64,000 nt of DNA from NCBI GenBank assembly GCA_022451945.1, contig JAKUNK010000008.1:44195-108194 (forward strand), in the 5' to 3' direction. The position numbers and the translations under genes were made by a program. Source of the DNA: Dehalococcoidia bacterium (lineage in GTDB: Bacteria > Chloroflexota > Dehalococcoidia > Lucifugimonadales > UBA3495). This document shows positions 10,209-19,770 of the stretch, in pieces (positions within the stretch are counted from its first letter, which is position 1; the number at the start of each line of letters is the position of its first letter). A model generated the notes under the pieces. It ran no database searches. It had not been told where the DNA came from and worked only from the letters and a program-made list of their open reading frames with translations.

Positions 10209-11378
10209 ATGGACATGCCCAAAAGAATGAAATTTGGTTCTTTCCTTGGCCCGTTCCACCGCGTCGGCGAGAACCCTACTCTGGCCCTAGACCGCGACCT
10301 AGAGTTGATTGACTGGATGGACAGCTTGGGTTTTGATGAAGTCTGGGTTGGAGAGCACCATTCGGCCGGCTGGGAGATCATCGCGTCACCGGAGGTATTC
10401 ATCGCCGCAGCCGCCCAACGGACCCGATACATCAAACTGGGCACCGGCGTCGTGTCCCTGCCCTATCACCACCCGCTCATGGTCGCCAATCGAATGGTCC
10501 AGCTTGACCACATGAGCCGTGGCCGCATCCTGTTTGGCGTAGGCCCCGGCGCCCTTCCGGGGGACGCCTACATGATGGGTATACCCCACGAGACCCAGCG
10601 CGAACGGATGGACGAATCCCTGACAACCATCATGCGACTCTTCACGGAGACCGAACCGATCTCCGTGAAGACTGACTGGTTCGAACTTAACGAGGGCATG
10701 CTCCAACTCCGGCCTTACCAGCAACCCCACATGCCAGTGGCAGTCGCATCTGTCCAGACACCAGCAGGAGTCACCCTTGCGGGAAAGCACGGGGCGGCTG
10801 TACTGACCATAACCGTGCCTCGAGACCCATCGGCCGGGCCATCGGACCTGAAAGGACTCTGGTCTATCGCCGAGGAATCGGCTGCTGAACACGGCCAGCA
10901 AGTGAACCGACACGACTGGCGACTGGTGCTCCCGGTCCACATCTCCGAAACGAGGCAAGAGGCCCTCGACGATGTCCGCGTCGGCTCTGCCCAATTCCTC
11001 CGAGAATATTCAGAAGGCACAAACGGGCGGAAGGCCGTATTCGACGGCCCGATGGACAAGGTCGTCGACAATATGCGGGACTCCGGTTCCTGGATCGTAG
11101 GCTCGCCCGACGACTGCATCGAAGCCATCAACAAGCTTCAGGAACAGAGCGGCGGATTCGGCGGATTCTTGGTCCAGACAGTAGACTGGGCGCCCAGAGA
11201 AAAGGTGCTGCGCAGCTACGAACTGATGGCCCGCTACGTCATGCCTCAATTCCAAGGCACGGTTGCCAGCACCATCGCGTCAAACCAATGGGCCGCCGAG
11301 CGCAAAGACACTCTCGTGGACGGCCGAGCCCGAGCACTGGACCGGGCCAAACAGGCCTACGCTGACAGGAATAACTAG
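10209..11378 (+). CDS. LLM-class flavin-dependent oxidoreductase, paralogue 2
   Basis: ORF 10161..11378. ATG 10209 lies 8 nt after GGAGGA at 10195-10200 (389 aa). FGSFLGPFH, VWVGEHHS and IVGSPDDCIEAINKL blocks. Confidence 0.85.
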   Translation: MDMPKRMKFGSFLGPFHRVGENPTLALDRDLELIDWMDSLGFDEVWVGEHHSAGWEIIASPEVFIAAAAQRTRYIKLGTGVVSLPYHHPLMVANRMVQLDHMSRGRILFGVGPGALPGDAYMMGIPHETQRERMDESLTTIMRLFTETEPISVKTDWFELNEGMLQLRPYQQPHMPVAVASVQTPAGVTLAGKHGAAVLTITVPRDPSAGPSDLKGLWSIAEESAAEHGQQVNRHDWRLVLPVHISETRQEALDDVRVGSAQFLREYSEGTNGRKAVFDGPMDKVVDNMRDSGSWIVGSPDDCIEAINKLQEQSGGFGGFLVQTVDWAPREKVLRSYELMARYVMPQFQGTVASTIASNQWAAERKDTLVDGRARALDRAKQAYADRNN

Positions 11379-11442
11379 ACGCAATCACGATCATGCAGAG
11401 GGCCCTCGTTGGAAGGCCCTCTATTTTCTGGGAGGAAAAATT

Positions 11443-11853
11443 ATGCCCGTAGACAAAGAGGCGGAACTGGCCAGAGTAACCAACCTGCGTGGTTTCAGAT
11501 ACGGTCTACACGATTTCCTAGCGGAAGTTGCCCCCGACTTCCTGAAGGCGGTCAACGACACCGTGGAAACCCAGTATATCAACACTCAGATACTGGACCG
11601 AAAGACCAAGGAGATCGCCATAATAGTGGCCTGCATCTCCCAAGTAGACCTTGCTTCGCACCTGCAGATTCACATCCACGCGGCCGTACAGGCCGGCGCA
11701 ACCGGCGAGGAGATACTCTCCGTTATAAACCTGGTCGGGGACTGGATCGGTCACGTAGCTCGAATCAGAGCACTAGAGGCCTGGCGGATCTACTTCAGAC
11801 CTGACCTGCCAACTATAGACCGGGTGATCGAGTTGAGGGACACAGCCAAATAA
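11443..11853 (+). CDS. carboxymuconolactone decarboxylase (AhpD-like) family protein
   Basis: ORF 11263..11853, but ATG 11443 follows GGAGGA at 11431-11436 (136 aa). Helical CMD-like sequence with no CxxC. Confidence 0.6.
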   Translation: MPVDKEAELARVTNLRGFRYGLHDFLAEVAPDFLKAVNDTVETQYINTQILDRKTKEIAIIVACISQVDLASHLQIHIHAAVQAGATGEEILSVINLVGDWIGHVARIRALEAWRIYFRPDLPTIDRVIELRDTAK

Positions 11854-11867
11854 ACTCTGCGTACCAG

Positions 11868-12827
11868 TTAGATTCCTAGCAGTTTCTCCAAGTTCTTGAA
11901 CAATATGGCCTCTTTCTCGTCATTAGTTAGACTTTCTAGACCTAGGAGCCAAGACACCGGCCAGTCGATGGCCATGTCAAAGGGCCAATCTGTACCAAAT
12001 ACCACTTGGTCGATACCCACACTGTCAATGAGATAACGCAGCGCTGGTTCACTGTGAGTCAGGCAGTCGTAGTAGAACTTGCCCAAGTAGGTGCTGGGTG
12101 GCTTCTGGATGTGCTCTCTGGCTTCTTGACGCACTTCCCAACCCCGATCCATGCGGCCTATGCCATAGCAAGTGTAACCGCCGCCGTGGCAAAGGCAAAT
12201 CTTCAGATCAGGGCAGGCATCCATCACACCACCGAAAACCAGTGATGCAAAAGTTACCGCCCGGTCGGCTGGATTCCCGATGGTATTAGGCAAGTGGTAG
12301 CGGTTGGAGCGTTGGTTTACCACTGTATCGCCGCCCTGGTGCACCAAGATAACCGCCCCGAGGCTCTCGACAGCCTTCCAGAACGGCAAGAATTTCGTCT
12401 CATCAAAGGTCTCTCCGTTGACGTTGTCACCTATCATAGCTCCCTTGAGACCCAGCTTCATGCTGCGTTCCAGTTCAACGATAGCCGCTTTGACATCCTG
12501 CATAGGCAGTGTCGAGAACCCGGAGAACCGGTCCGGGTGGTCTTTAACCAATTCGGCCACGTAATCGTTGCACTCCTGTGTCATCAAGGTGACCGTTTTG
12601 GGATCGCCTTCATAGTTGTAGAAGTAAGCGTTGGTGGAAAGCACTTGAACATCTACTCCCAACGAGTTCATATCGGCCAAGCGTTCTTCCGGGGTCCAGG
12701 TGGTCTTGGGGTTGTTTCGGTGGATGCTCATGGCATCAATAGGCATTCCGTGCCAAATCTCGCCTTTCTTATTAGCCTCGACGAATCCCACAGGAGTGAT
12801 GTGTGCGTGGATGTCTATGGTCCGCAT
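11868..12827 (-). CDS. amidohydrolase-2 family metal-dependent hydrolase/decarboxylase (ACMSD-like)
   Basis: 319 aa. N-terminal IDIHAHI (H-x-H), CHGGG and FGTDWPF motifs. Confidence 0.85.
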   Translation of the reverse strand: MRTIDIHAHITPVGFVEANKKGEIWHGMPIDAMSIHRNNPKTTWTPEERLADMNSLGVDVQVLSTNAYFYNYEGDPKTVTLMTQECNDYVAELVKDHPDRFSGFSTLPMQDVKAAIVELERSMKLGLKGAMIGDNVNGETFDETKFLPFWKAVESLGAVILVHQGGDTVVNQRSNRYHLPNTIGNPADRAVTFASLVFGGVMDACPDLKICLCHGGGYTCYGIGRMDRGWEVRQEAREHIQKPPSTYLGKFYYDCLTHSEPALRYLIDSVGIDQVVFGTDWPFDMAIDWPVSWLLGLESLTNDEKEAILFKNLEKLLGI

Positions 12828-12982
12828 TCGCGCTCCTTAGTCTTTGTTCCGGGCGAGTCACTTATCCTTCTTCCAGAAGGTTAGTATAGTGGTGTTCGCC
12901 GTTAGAACAGTTCTATCGGCAAGCGTTTCCCCACCCCAATGCTCCATTTTACAAGGAGGGGGAATATTTCTGGTTGGGCCCG

Positions 12983-14017
12983 TTAGACGCCAACCACCCG
13001 TACGCGGTGGTTATTGCTGTCAGCGACGAAGATGTTGCCGTAGCTATCGATGCCGCAGCCGTGAGGGCGGTCCATGGCGGCTTCTGAGGCAGGGCCACCA
13101 TCGCCGTCTCCTCCCAACCGACCACCAGCGATGGTGGTGACGATTCCAGTACCAGTATCAATCAGGCGGATTGCGTGGTTCTCGGTATCCACCACGACCA
13201 CATTATCCTGGGCGTCACAGCGTAAGGCCTTGGGAGAACCCCAAGTTGCCGTCAGAGCGGGGCCACCGTCGCCTTCGTAACCCCGTTCGCCGGTGCCGGC
13301 CACGGTACTCATGATTCCGCTGGTATCAATCTTGCGGACACCGTTCCCTTCCCGCTCTGCAACATAGGTGTTGCCCTTACTGTCCATGCAGACCGCTCTG
13401 GAACCCATGAAACTGGCCTCCACGGCGGGCTTGCCATCACCGGAGCGTTCTTTCTCGCCGTTACCTGCAAAAGTTGTGATAATGCCGCTGACCAGGTCCA
13501 ACCTGCGAATGCGCTGGTCTTGAATATCCGCGATCAACAACCCGCCTTTTCCATCCAAGAAACAGTCGTTAGGCTCAACCATCATGGCTTGGTTGCCCGG
13601 ACCGCCGTCGCCTCTGTACCCCACCTCTCCCGTGCCAGCAACGGTGGAGATAATCTTGGTGGAACCGTCCACCTTGCGCACCACGGCCGACAGTCGGTCG
13701 ACGATATAAATATCGTTGTTGTCCCGGTCAACCTGCAAGGAATACGGCTCTCTCATGGTCGCCTGAGTGGCCGGCCCTCCGTCGCCACTGTTGCCTGCTT
13801 CTCCTGTCCCGGCCACCGTCGTTATGACACCAGTGGCCTTGTCGACCCGCCGTACAATATTGTTCCGAGATTCTGAATAATAGAGATTACCGTCTGAGTC
13901 GAAATCGCACATGAACGGCTCGGTGCATAGCGCCTTAAGTGCAAGGCCGCCGTCTCCGGCATAACCTGCTTCTCCTGTCCCTACATAAGTCTGAATCTTT
14001 CCCGTTTCGAATGGCAT
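12983..14017 (-). CDS. NHL-repeat six-bladed beta-propeller protein, no signal peptide
   Basis: 344 aa. Six ~57-aa repeats each containing (V/F/I)AG(T/N)GE-x-G-x-x-GDGG-P-A. Confidence 0.8.
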   Translation of the reverse strand: MPFETGKIQTYVGTGEAGYAGDGGLALKALCTEPFMCDFDSDGNLYYSESRNNIVRRVDKATGVITTVAGTGEAGNSGDGGPATQATMREPYSLQVDRDNNDIYIVDRLSAVVRKVDGSTKIISTVAGTGEVGYRGDGGPGNQAMMVEPNDCFLDGKGGLLIADIQDQRIRRLDLVSGIITTFAGNGEKERSGDGKPAVEASFMGSRAVCMDSKGNTYVAEREGNGVRKIDTSGIMSTVAGTGERGYEGDGGPALTATWGSPKALRCDAQDNVVVVDTENHAIRLIDTGTGIVTTIAGGRLGGDGDGGPASEAAMDRPHGCGIDSYGNIFVADSNNHRVRVVGV

Positions 14018-14133
14018 TGAGTTTTCTCTCCATTACTTGGTTGGCTACGGAAATCATCTTCAGTCCCCTCTACGGAAGGAGAAGTCGAAGTTCCTCTTTA
14101 TCCCTCTTTAAGAGAGGGAAGGTTTGGAAGGAT

Positions 14134-15006
14134 CTATGTGCTCTTGGTCTCCCGGTTATACCAGTCCAGAATCTCCTCTCCGGTCATGAACACGACATCG
14201 TCGTGCTGACAGATGTACTCAAATATCTGGTCGTAGTATTTGATGCGGTGGGCCGCGCCCGTGATATAGGGATGGGTGGAGACGCACATGATGCGGGCAC
14301 TCTCTTCCCCTTCGCGGTATAAGGTGTCGAAGTGGTCCTTGGCCCGGTCGAATAGCTCTGGTGAACGGTGGTGCTGCACCAGGTATACGGGGATGTCATT
14401 CAGTTCCACTGTGTAAGGCACGGCCACCAAACTACCCGACTTAACCTTCATGGGATAGGGCTGGTCGTCGTTGCACCAGTCGGCCACGTACTCGATGCCT
14501 TCTTCGGCTAGGATGTCCGGAGTGTCGAATGTCTCAGCCAGTCCAGGACCCATCCAGCCTCTGGGGGCCTTTCCGGTGAACTCCTCAATCGTACTGATGG
14601 TCCTGCGTATGGCTTCCCGTTCGTCTGGCTCCTTGTTGATCACTCGTTGGATGTAACTGTGAGCCAGCATCTCCCACCCAGACTTAACACTCTCGGTCAC
14701 GATCTGCGGGTAGCTGAAACACACCGATGCGTTCAAGCTCACTGTGGCCCGTATGCCATGGCTATCCAACACCTGCTTCATCCGCCAAAAGCCGACCCTC
14801 AGACCATAGTCGAACCACCCAAAGTTGGGAATGTCCGGAATAACCGACACTCCCTGCGGCGTAGGCAGCACCGTGCGGGCCATAGGCTCATTGATGTCCC
14901 ATTCCTCTACATTGATGACCGGCCACACGGCCACACGGGCGCCGCCGGGAAGTTTCAAAGGCTTGCGGTCAAAAATGGGCGAAAAATCAGCCCTTGGGTT
15001 GGCCAT
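14134..15006 (-). CDS. polysaccharide-deacetylase/PuuE-like (CE4-fold) hydrolase
   Basis: 290 aa. An N-terminal PLKLPGGARVAVWPVINVEEWD block of the type seen in PuuE-like deacetylase-fold proteins. Confidence 0.65.
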   Translation of the reverse strand: MANPRADFSPIFDRKPLKLPGGARVAVWPVINVEEWDINEPMARTVLPTPQGVSVIPDIPNFGWFDYGLRVGFWRMKQVLDSHGIRATVSLNASVCFSYPQIVTESVKSGWEMLAHSYIQRVINKEPDEREAIRRTISTIEEFTGKAPRGWMGPGLAETFDTPDILAEEGIEYVADWCNDDQPYPMKVKSGSLVAVPYTVELNDIPVYLVQHHRSPELFDRAKDHFDTLYREGEESARIMCVSTHPYITGAAHRIKYYDQIFEYICQHDDVVFMTGEEILDWYNRETKST

Positions 15007-15056
15007 AGATATTTACTCCTATTGGTCACGGCTAGGGCAGAATTTCCCTGATTGGC

Positions 15057-15476
15057 TTAAAGCTTGAGTGCCTTCAGGCCGATCTTCGCCAGGTCTTCGT
15101 CTTCTTCTGCGGCCAGGCCGCTCACTCCGATACCGCCCATGATAGAGCCGCTCTGTGGATGGAGGACGACCACCCCGCCTTGAACGGCAGCCAGCATCGG
15201 GTCTCCCATCTCAGCCACAGTTCGGCCCTGGCCGGCTAGTCGCTCTGCATAATCCTTGGAGTCCTGACCTGATAGGGCACAGGTGTAGGCTTTGCGAATG
15301 GCCATTCGCTTGGGGACTTCGCGGCAGCGGTCCATTCGCCCGTAAGCAATCATGCTACCTGTATCATCCACGATGGCAACGGCCAGCGGCCGATCCGGGT
15401 CTTTGTTGGCCTCGACGAATATGGCATTGATGGCGTCTTGTGCCTGGCTTAAACCCAGCATCGGCTTATCGTACAT
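15057..15476 (-). CDS. GlcG/HbpS-like (DUF336) protein
   Basis: 139 aa. AIVDDTGSMIAY and GGIGVSG motifs. Confidence 0.75.
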   Translation of the reverse strand: MYDKPMLGLSQAQDAINAIFVEANKDPDRPLAVAIVDDTGSMIAYGRMDRCREVPKRMAIRKAYTCALSGQDSKDYAERLAGQGRTVAEMGDPMLAAVQGGVVVLHPQSGSIMGGIGVSGLAAEEDEDLAKIGLKALKL

Positions 15477-15680
15477 AAGAACCCCCCTGCAGAATGGTAT
15501 GGGCCATTCTACCTGTGGGGGTAAACCACTGGCAAGAAAGCTATTGGTAAAACCCCATCGGTCGCACTTCCCAGAAGCCGGGCCGCTCCGGGATAGATCA
15601 GTTTAGAGGAACCAGCTTGATTGTGGCATGCAAAAACCTGCCTTTCTGGGATTCATTCCTTCGGTAGCAAGAAATTCATC

Positions 15681-16616
15681 CTAGATCAGGTCTCCGACGG
15701 TAAGCCAATAGAAAACGATATATGTGCCAGCGATGACCATGAGCCAGGGACCGACTGAATGGATGTAAGGCAACGCTTTGCGGAGCGCAACGACCATGGC
15801 AGTCTTGAAGAAGGCCATCCCTAAGGTCAAGGCGATGATCACGATCCCCATCCCCAGGGCGAAGAGCAGGAAGTCGCCGAATACCGATGATATGCTGCGT
15901 CCAGCCACACTGATTCCCACCACTGCCAAAAATATGGGGAGTGTGCAGCTCAATGAAGCGGTACCGTAGCTGATTCCAAAGATGAAGTAACCCTTCATTC
16001 CTACCTGAGCGGGGTTGCCCATATGACTAGCAGCCCTGGCCGCCACGCCAGTGTATAGCTTGCCACCGCCCACCATCCAGGCACCTACGATAGCAAGACC
16101 TATACCAATGACCAGGCCCAACCATTGCAGCAGGTAACCGATAAATCCGGCGCCGGCGGCGATTATTATCCCCACTAAACCGAAGAGAACTACGAACCCG
16201 GCAGTGACCGTTAGTCCAACCGCCAGTGCTCTAACAAAATGTTTGACCGGATTAATCGCTATCTGTTGGCCCGCTTCGTCTCCTAGATACATGCCCAAGT
16301 AGGCTGGGAGCATGGCGAAACCACAAGGGTTAACTGCGGATGCCATTCCCGCCGCCAGCGCGAATAGGGCGGATGCACTCACCAAGCCGCCCAACCAAGA
16401 ACCTGAATCCCCAGACAGGCGTTCGACGAACAAGTTTACATCGTCTATACCGCTATCGTTGCCGATTACGATCGCCCCTATGAAGGCGGTCGCCAAGGCA
16501 ACCGTGGCCACGGCCGCGGGCAACATGACGACTCCTCTGATATTTCTTTCGTCTCGGTTAATCACTCTGCTGATTGGTTGGAACATGTCCAGACGGAACT
16601 CCCAGTGCGGGGCCAA
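15681..16616 (-). CDS. CcdA/DsbD-type thiol:disulfide electron-transfer membrane protein
   Basis: 311-aa multi-TM ORF. AVNPCGFAMLPAYL motif and a second Cys in SLSCTLPIF. Start uncertain (alternative ATG 16526). Confidence 0.7.
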   Translation of the reverse strand: MAPHWEFRLDMFQPISRVINRDERNIRGVVMLPAAVATVALATAFIGAIVIGNDSGIDDVNLFVERLSGDSGSWLGGLVSASALFALAAGMASAVNPCGFAMLPAYLGMYLGDEAGQQIAINPVKHFVRALAVGLTVTAGFVVLFGLVGIIIAAGAGFIGYLLQWLGLVIGIGLAIVGAWMVGGGKLYTGVAARAASHMGNPAQVGMKGYFIFGISYGTASLSCTLPIFLAVVGISVAGRSISSVFGDFLLFALGMGIVIIALTLGMAFFKTAMVVALRKALPYIHSVGPWLMVIAGTYIVFYWLTVGDLI

Positions 16617-16714
16617 TGGAATTCTTAGAATTAATGGCCGAGACCAAGTGACTTGTCCCTGGAAGGTCCCAAACCGTCCTCGGCGATATCTTGCGCCACG
16701 GACGAACAGAACGG

Positions 16715-17635
16715 TTATGACCGGGCTTTCACCATCACTCCGTCTAATGAAATGCCGTTAAATATCTGTGGGTGCATGGCTTCTGCCAAACTCTCTAGAA
16801 CATCCACAACTCTCGGGCCATGACGAGTGGGAATGCGACCGTCAAATAAGAACACTTGGTCCATCTGGACCGCCGGCAATCCGCTCCAGCCTTCCAAGCC
16901 AGTCAACTTCCCTGAGGTTTCTTGCCGTACCCGTTCTGGATCGAAGGCGCACGGCATGACCATCAGATACTCTGGGCCATAATCAACTACCTCTTTCCAC
17001 GTCAACTCCCGGGAACGGCCTCCCGCTTCCGCAAGTTGCTCATCCCCACCGGCGATCGCCACCAACTCGGGCACCCACTGGCCGGTGTTACGTAACGGAT
17101 CAAGCCAGTCCAGGCACAAAACCCTCGGGTGGGCCTCTTGACAAGACACTGCATCCACCACGGTCTGAATGCGTTCTTGTAGCGAGTCCGCAAGTTCCTC
17201 GCCTCTCTCGGGCACTTTGGCAACGGTCGCGATGTTGCGCACATTCTGAAGGATATCGACGACAAAGTTGGGGCGGATCGTCAGGATGTCAGGCTGGTAG
17301 TCCAAGACCTTTGCGACTGTCTCAAAGACAGACCCACTGTCTATAGCGCAAACCTCACAAATCTCCTGTGTGATGATTAAGTCAGGCTTCAATTCCTGTA
17401 GCAGGTCGCCGTCGATCCAATAGAGCGGGTTGCTGTTGGCTCTAGCCTGTCGCACAATGGCGTCAATCTCTTCGCTAGTCAAGTGGGTTATCTGCTGCAC
17501 ACTCTGGCTGACCACCGGCTTGACCCTGGCAATCTCCGGGTAGTCGCAGGCGTGGGACACGCCAACCAATTGGTCTCCCAATCCCAAGGCATAGACAATC
17601 TCAGTGGCGCTCGGTAACAACGAACAGATGCGCAT
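16715..17635 (-). CDS. BtuF/FhuD-like type-2 periplasmic-binding-fold protein lacking a signal peptide
   Basis: The long ORF 16715..17836 would overlap folD, so ATG 17635 (MRICSLLPSATEIVYALGLGDQLVGVSHACDYP) is preferred (306 aa). Confidence 0.7.
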   Translation of the reverse strand: MRICSLLPSATEIVYALGLGDQLVGVSHACDYPEIARVKPVVSQSVQQITHLTSEEIDAIVRQARANSNPLYWIDGDLLQELKPDLIITQEICEVCAIDSGSVFETVAKVLDYQPDILTIRPNFVVDILQNVRNIATVAKVPERGEELADSLQERIQTVVDAVSCQEAHPRVLCLDWLDPLRNTGQWVPELVAIAGGDEQLAEAGGRSRELTWKEVVDYGPEYLMVMPCAFDPERVRQETSGKLTGLEGWSGLPAVQMDQVFLFDGRIPTRHGPRVVDVLESLAEAMHPQIFNGISLDGVMVKARS

Positions 17636-17755
17636 ACGACAAGTATAGATTGGCCCTCTCTGGTCAATCAAACTTTCACCCCATTTCTGGCTAAATTCCC
17701 CACGTGACATGCTAAAATTGCGGCGCGGTATCCAAACGGCCATTTCGAGGTCCCA

Positions 17756-18652
17756 GTGACAGCAAAGATACTGGACGGCAAAGCGCTGGCTGAAGATATT
17801 CGTGCTGAGGTTGCCGCAAGCGTCACCGAAATACAACTAAATCACGGTGTCACCCCTGGTCTGGCTGCCGTACTTGTAGGCGACGACCCAGCTTCAGCGA
17901 TCTATGTGCGCAACAAACGCAGGGCCTGCGACGAGGTCGGCATGGTCAGCGACACCATCCTTCTGGCCGCCGACTCCACCACTGAAAAAGTATTAGAAAC
18001 CGTAGCTGACCTGAACAAAGACCCCCGTTTCCACGGAATTTTGATCCAACTGCCTCTGCCGCCGCAGATCGATGAACTCGCCATCATAGAGTCGATAGAT
18101 CCGGACAAAGACGTTGACGGGCTACACCCGTTCAATGTAGGTAAGCTGGTTCAGGGCAGGGCCGATTTCGTGCCTGGCACACCCGCAGGCATCCAGCAGA
18201 TCCTGATGCGTAACGGCCACGACCCGGCAGGCGCAAACGTGGTGATATGCGGCAGGAGCGACATCGTCGGCAAACCCATGGCCCTGCTTCTGATGCAACG
18301 AGGCGACGGCGCCAACGCCACAGTCACCGTCTGCCACACGCGCACCAAGAACATGACAGAGATCACCCGTCACGCAGATATCCTAGTGACAGCCATCGGC
18401 CGTCCCAACGCAATTACAGCTGATATGGTGAAAGAAGGGGCGATTGTGATCGACGTCGGCATTAACCGGGTCGATGATGCCTCCCGTAAAAGCGGATACC
18501 GGTTGGACGGCGATGTGGACTTCGCAGAAGTCTCTAAGAAAGCCTCATCCATCACACCGGTGCCCGGTGGAGTTGGTCCTATGACCATTGCTATGCTGCT
18601 GGTCAATACACTGACCGCCACTCGCATCAGCATCCACGGACGAGGCAGCTAA
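17756..18652 (+). CDS. folD: bifunctional methylenetetrahydrofolate dehydrogenase/methenyl-THF cyclohydrolase
   Basis: 298 aa with a GTG start. ILDGKALA, YVRNKRRAC, GRSDIVGKPMALLL and PVPGGVGPMT motifs. Confidence 0.95.
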   Translation: MTAKILDGKALAEDIRAEVAASVTEIQLNHGVTPGLAAVLVGDDPASAIYVRNKRRACDEVGMVSDTILLAADSTTEKVLETVADLNKDPRFHGILIQLPLPPQIDELAIIESIDPDKDVDGLHPFNVGKLVQGRADFVPGTPAGIQQILMRNGHDPAGANVVICGRSDIVGKPMALLLMQRGDGANATVTVCHTRTKNMTEITRHADILVTAIGRPNAITADMVKEGAIVIDVGINRVDDASRKSGYRLDGDVDFAEVSKKASSITPVPGGVGPMTIAMLLVNTLTATRISIHGRGS

Positions 18653-18669
18653 CGGCTGCAAGCCCTTCC

Positions 18670-19764
18670 ATGCGTACTGTAGACTTCGATTACGACCTTC
18701 CCCCGGAACTGATCGCCCAAACTCCTATCGAGCCCCGAGACTCGTCCCGACTAATGGTTATGAACCGCAACACCGGGGCGTTAGAGCACAACCAATTCAG
18801 CAATATATCTGAGTACCTGCGGCCCGGCGATGTCATGGTCTTTAACCAAAGCCGAGTCATTCCTGCCCGGTTGTACGGACACAGGACCGACACCGGCAGT
18901 AGAGTCGAATTCCTACTGCTCCGTCGGAATGCCGACGGTACTTGGCAGTCCATGGCCAGGCCAGGCCGTAGGTTGCGCCCGGGTGTGGTAGTGGAGATCG
19001 AGCAAGCCGATGAAAATACCCCGTTCTTTCATAAAGGTGAAACCAAGGGGCGGTTTTCGGTAGAAATCACAGCCGCCCATGAAGACGGCCTGAAAACAGT
19101 CCGCCTCTCCAGCGAAGAAGGTATTGAAGCGTTCGGATACACACCGCTTCCCCCATACATAAAGAAAAGACTGGATGACGCCAACCGTTACCAAACAGTC
19201 TATGCCTACCAGCCAGGGAGCGTAGCGGCCCCAACGGCCGGACTTCATTTCACTGATGAACTACTGGATAAAGTCCGAAGCTTAGGTGTCGAGACGGTGT
19301 TCGTGACCCTGCACGTGGGCCTAGACACCTTCAAACCGGTGGATGAAGAAGACCCCACCGAGCACAAGATTCACACCGAGCACTATCAAATTGCCCCACA
19401 GGCCGCCAAAGCTCTAAACCGCGCCAAATCTGAGGGACGGCGCATCATCGCAGTAGGAACAACATCTGTACGGGTGCTGGAACAAGCAGCCCAAGACCTA
19501 GATCAATCAGGAAAGTCGGAACTTTCGGAAATCGAAGCCGAGGCTTCCCTATTCATCCTCCCTGGCCATACCTTTCGCATGGTCGACGCCATGATTACAA
19601 ACTTCCACTTACCCAGATCCAGTCTGCTCATGCTCGTCTCAGCGTTCGTTGGAAACGGTACTTCAACCAACTTGGGACTCGATTCCATTAAAACTTCCTA
19701 CCGAGAGGCAATAAAAAATCGATATAGATTCTACAGCTTCGGCGACGCGATGTTGATTGCCTGA
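18670..19764 (+). CDS. queA: S-adenosylmethionine:tRNA ribosyltransferase-isomerase
   Basis: 364 aa. DFDYDLPPELIAQTPIEPRDSSRLMV N-terminus, AAPTAGLHFT and RFYSFGDAMLI C-terminus. Confidence 0.95.
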   Translation: MRTVDFDYDLPPELIAQTPIEPRDSSRLMVMNRNTGALEHNQFSNISEYLRPGDVMVFNQSRVIPARLYGHRTDTGSRVEFLLLRRNADGTWQSMARPGRRLRPGVVVEIEQADENTPFFHKGETKGRFSVEITAAHEDGLKTVRLSSEEGIEAFGYTPLPPYIKKRLDDANRYQTVYAYQPGSVAAPTAGLHFTDELLDKVRSLGVETVFVTLHVGLDTFKPVDEEDPTEHKIHTEHYQIAPQAAKALNRAKSEGRRIIAVGTTSVRVLEQAAQDLDQSGKSELSEIEAEASLFILPGHTFRMVDAMITNFHLPRSSLLMLVSAFVGNGTSTNLGLDSIKTSYREAIKNRYRFYSFGDAMLIA

Positions 19765-19770
19765 CCTACG

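Noticed and set aside
17636-17755. Possible cobalamin riboswitch upstream of the BtuF-like gene (GGUGAAAG-like segment on the minus strand).
   Set aside because: The intergenic region is only 120 nt and is shared with the folD promoter. No B12-box (GCCACUG-like) was found, so it is too short and incomplete.
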